From Chitinophagaceae bacterium (GTDB taxonomy: Bacteria; Bacteroidota; Bacteroidia; Chitinophagales; Chitinophagaceae), in NCBI GenBank assembly GCA_016719815.1, contig JADJYK010000007.1:54399-118398 (forward strand): a DNA stretch of 64,000 nucleotides. The letters are read 5' to 3'. Below, in pieces: positions 63,082 to 64,000 of the stretch; the stretch's first letter is position 1; each line of letters opens with the position of its first letter. Position numbers and translations under genes: made by a program. The notes under the pieces were generated by a model. That model searched no databases, had not been told where the DNA came from, and saw nothing but the letters and a program-made list of their open reading frames with translations.

Positions 63082-64000
63082 TTACCTTGGCCCGAGGTAA
63101 GTCATGGTATCAAAGAATTTTCTCAAAACATTTCCATTATATCCAATTTCTGCATAAATAATCTTATTAACAGGGTCATAAGATCCTGAATACACCTGAT
63201 TAGTTACAGTAAAGGCATATGGATACTGATTCCAATCTATAAGAACATTAGTAGAAGGATTAAATATCAGATTAGTCGTAAAACTACCGTAATAGCTGGC
63301 TCCACCTAAAATGGGGTGAGCATAGGTAGCGGCAGCAGGCCAGTACATAGTAACACTGCTCGGTCCAGATGTAATCATATGCACAATTTCATCATACGGG
63401 GCATCATAAGGTACCCTGTTATGGTAACCAACCAAGTTGTATTTGCCATCATACTTATTCTTAATACTAAATTCAATCAGCAAATTCTTCATATTAGAGG
63501 CAATGGTATAATTTCCGGTAACACTTACGATTTTAACACCAACACCATAAGTTGAATTTGGATCAAAAGAAAGCGTACTTGGTACATTAATCGGGATTTC
63601 TACATTCCTTCCGCCCGCCGGAATGGTAACAGTAGTACGGGCAGGGCTACCAGCCAGACCAGGCATTGTAAACAATGAATAATTCATTATTTTAATACTT
63701 GTACCGTTAGCTGTATTATATGATTTCACCATATTAGAATCGAGTTCCAGGGTAATCACAATATCAGAAGGAGCCGGAGTACCAGACTCAAGATTTACAT
63801 ATACCAAGCCGTTTACTGCCTGACTAGAAGCTGATACATCAAGGCCATATGTATTTTTTGCTTTGGCTGCCAGCGGGAAACCTACTCCCGGGGGCTGCGT
63901 ATCAGGATCATTGATCCCGTATTCATTATTGTCAAATCCCTTGTCTTTCAGGCATCCGGTAAGCACAAACATGCTTGCTGCTGCGAAGATCAGGGATGAT
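63082..64000 (-). CDS. DUF1735-type lipoprotein (SusC/D-associated), 5' end outside the window
   Basis: Frame is open to the window edge (SSLIFAAASMFVLTGC lipobox). ITLELDSNMVKSYN...TVTIPAG...KNKYDGKY pattern. Confidence 0.75.
   Translation of the reverse strand, partial: SSLIFAAASMFVLTGCLKDKGFDNNEYGINDPDTQPPGVGFPLAAKAKNTYGLDVSASSQAVNGLVYVNLESGTPAPSDIVITLELDSNMVKSYNTANGTSIKIMNYSLFTMPGLAGSPARTTVTIPAGGRNVEIPINVPSTLSFDPNSTYGVGVKIVSVTGNYTIASNMKNLLIEFSIKNKYDGKYNLVGYHNRVPYDAPYDEIVHMITSGPSSVTMYWPAAATYAHPILGGASYYGSFTTNLIFNPSTNVLIDWNQYPYAFTVTNQVYSGSYDPVNKIIYAEIGYNGNVLRKFFDTMTYLGPR

Noticed and set aside
1-64000. rRNA, tRNA, CRISPR arrays, transposases, prophage genes
   Set aside because: None recognised on either strand.

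Overview
Chromosomal, mostly housekeeping DNA from a Bacteroidota organism. Gene content, T9SS cargo plus PorP, and TAnnTTTG -7 promoter boxes suggest Chitinophagaceae (inference). I identify about 58 coding regions, including pyrC (partial), a MutS-domain-V protein, comM, pyrD, dnaB, recN, rsmE, grpE-dnaJ, hpt, pth-rplY-prs and radC. I found no rRNA, tRNA, CRISPR array, integrase or transposase. At least 13 reading-frame breaks lie in or beside homopolymer or dinucleotide runs, one of them in essential dnaB, so they are most likely long-read sequencing errors rather than pseudogenes. The best candidates for undescribed biology are: (1) a DUF1800 plus DUF1501 pair (twin-arginine-like N-termini, T9SS tail on DUF1501) converging on a lipoprotein monoheme c cytochrome, next to a TonB-dependent receptor with a tandem palindromic operator; (2) a secreted class-3 lipase and partner gene divergent from a TPR histidine kinase/LuxR pair, with a palindromic operator between them; (3) several clean cis-elements (FNR-type box, bidirectional sigma54-like palindrome at grpE, DnaA boxes upstream of dnaB), an unannotated 57-aa membrane protein and an internally deleted lipoprotein gene.
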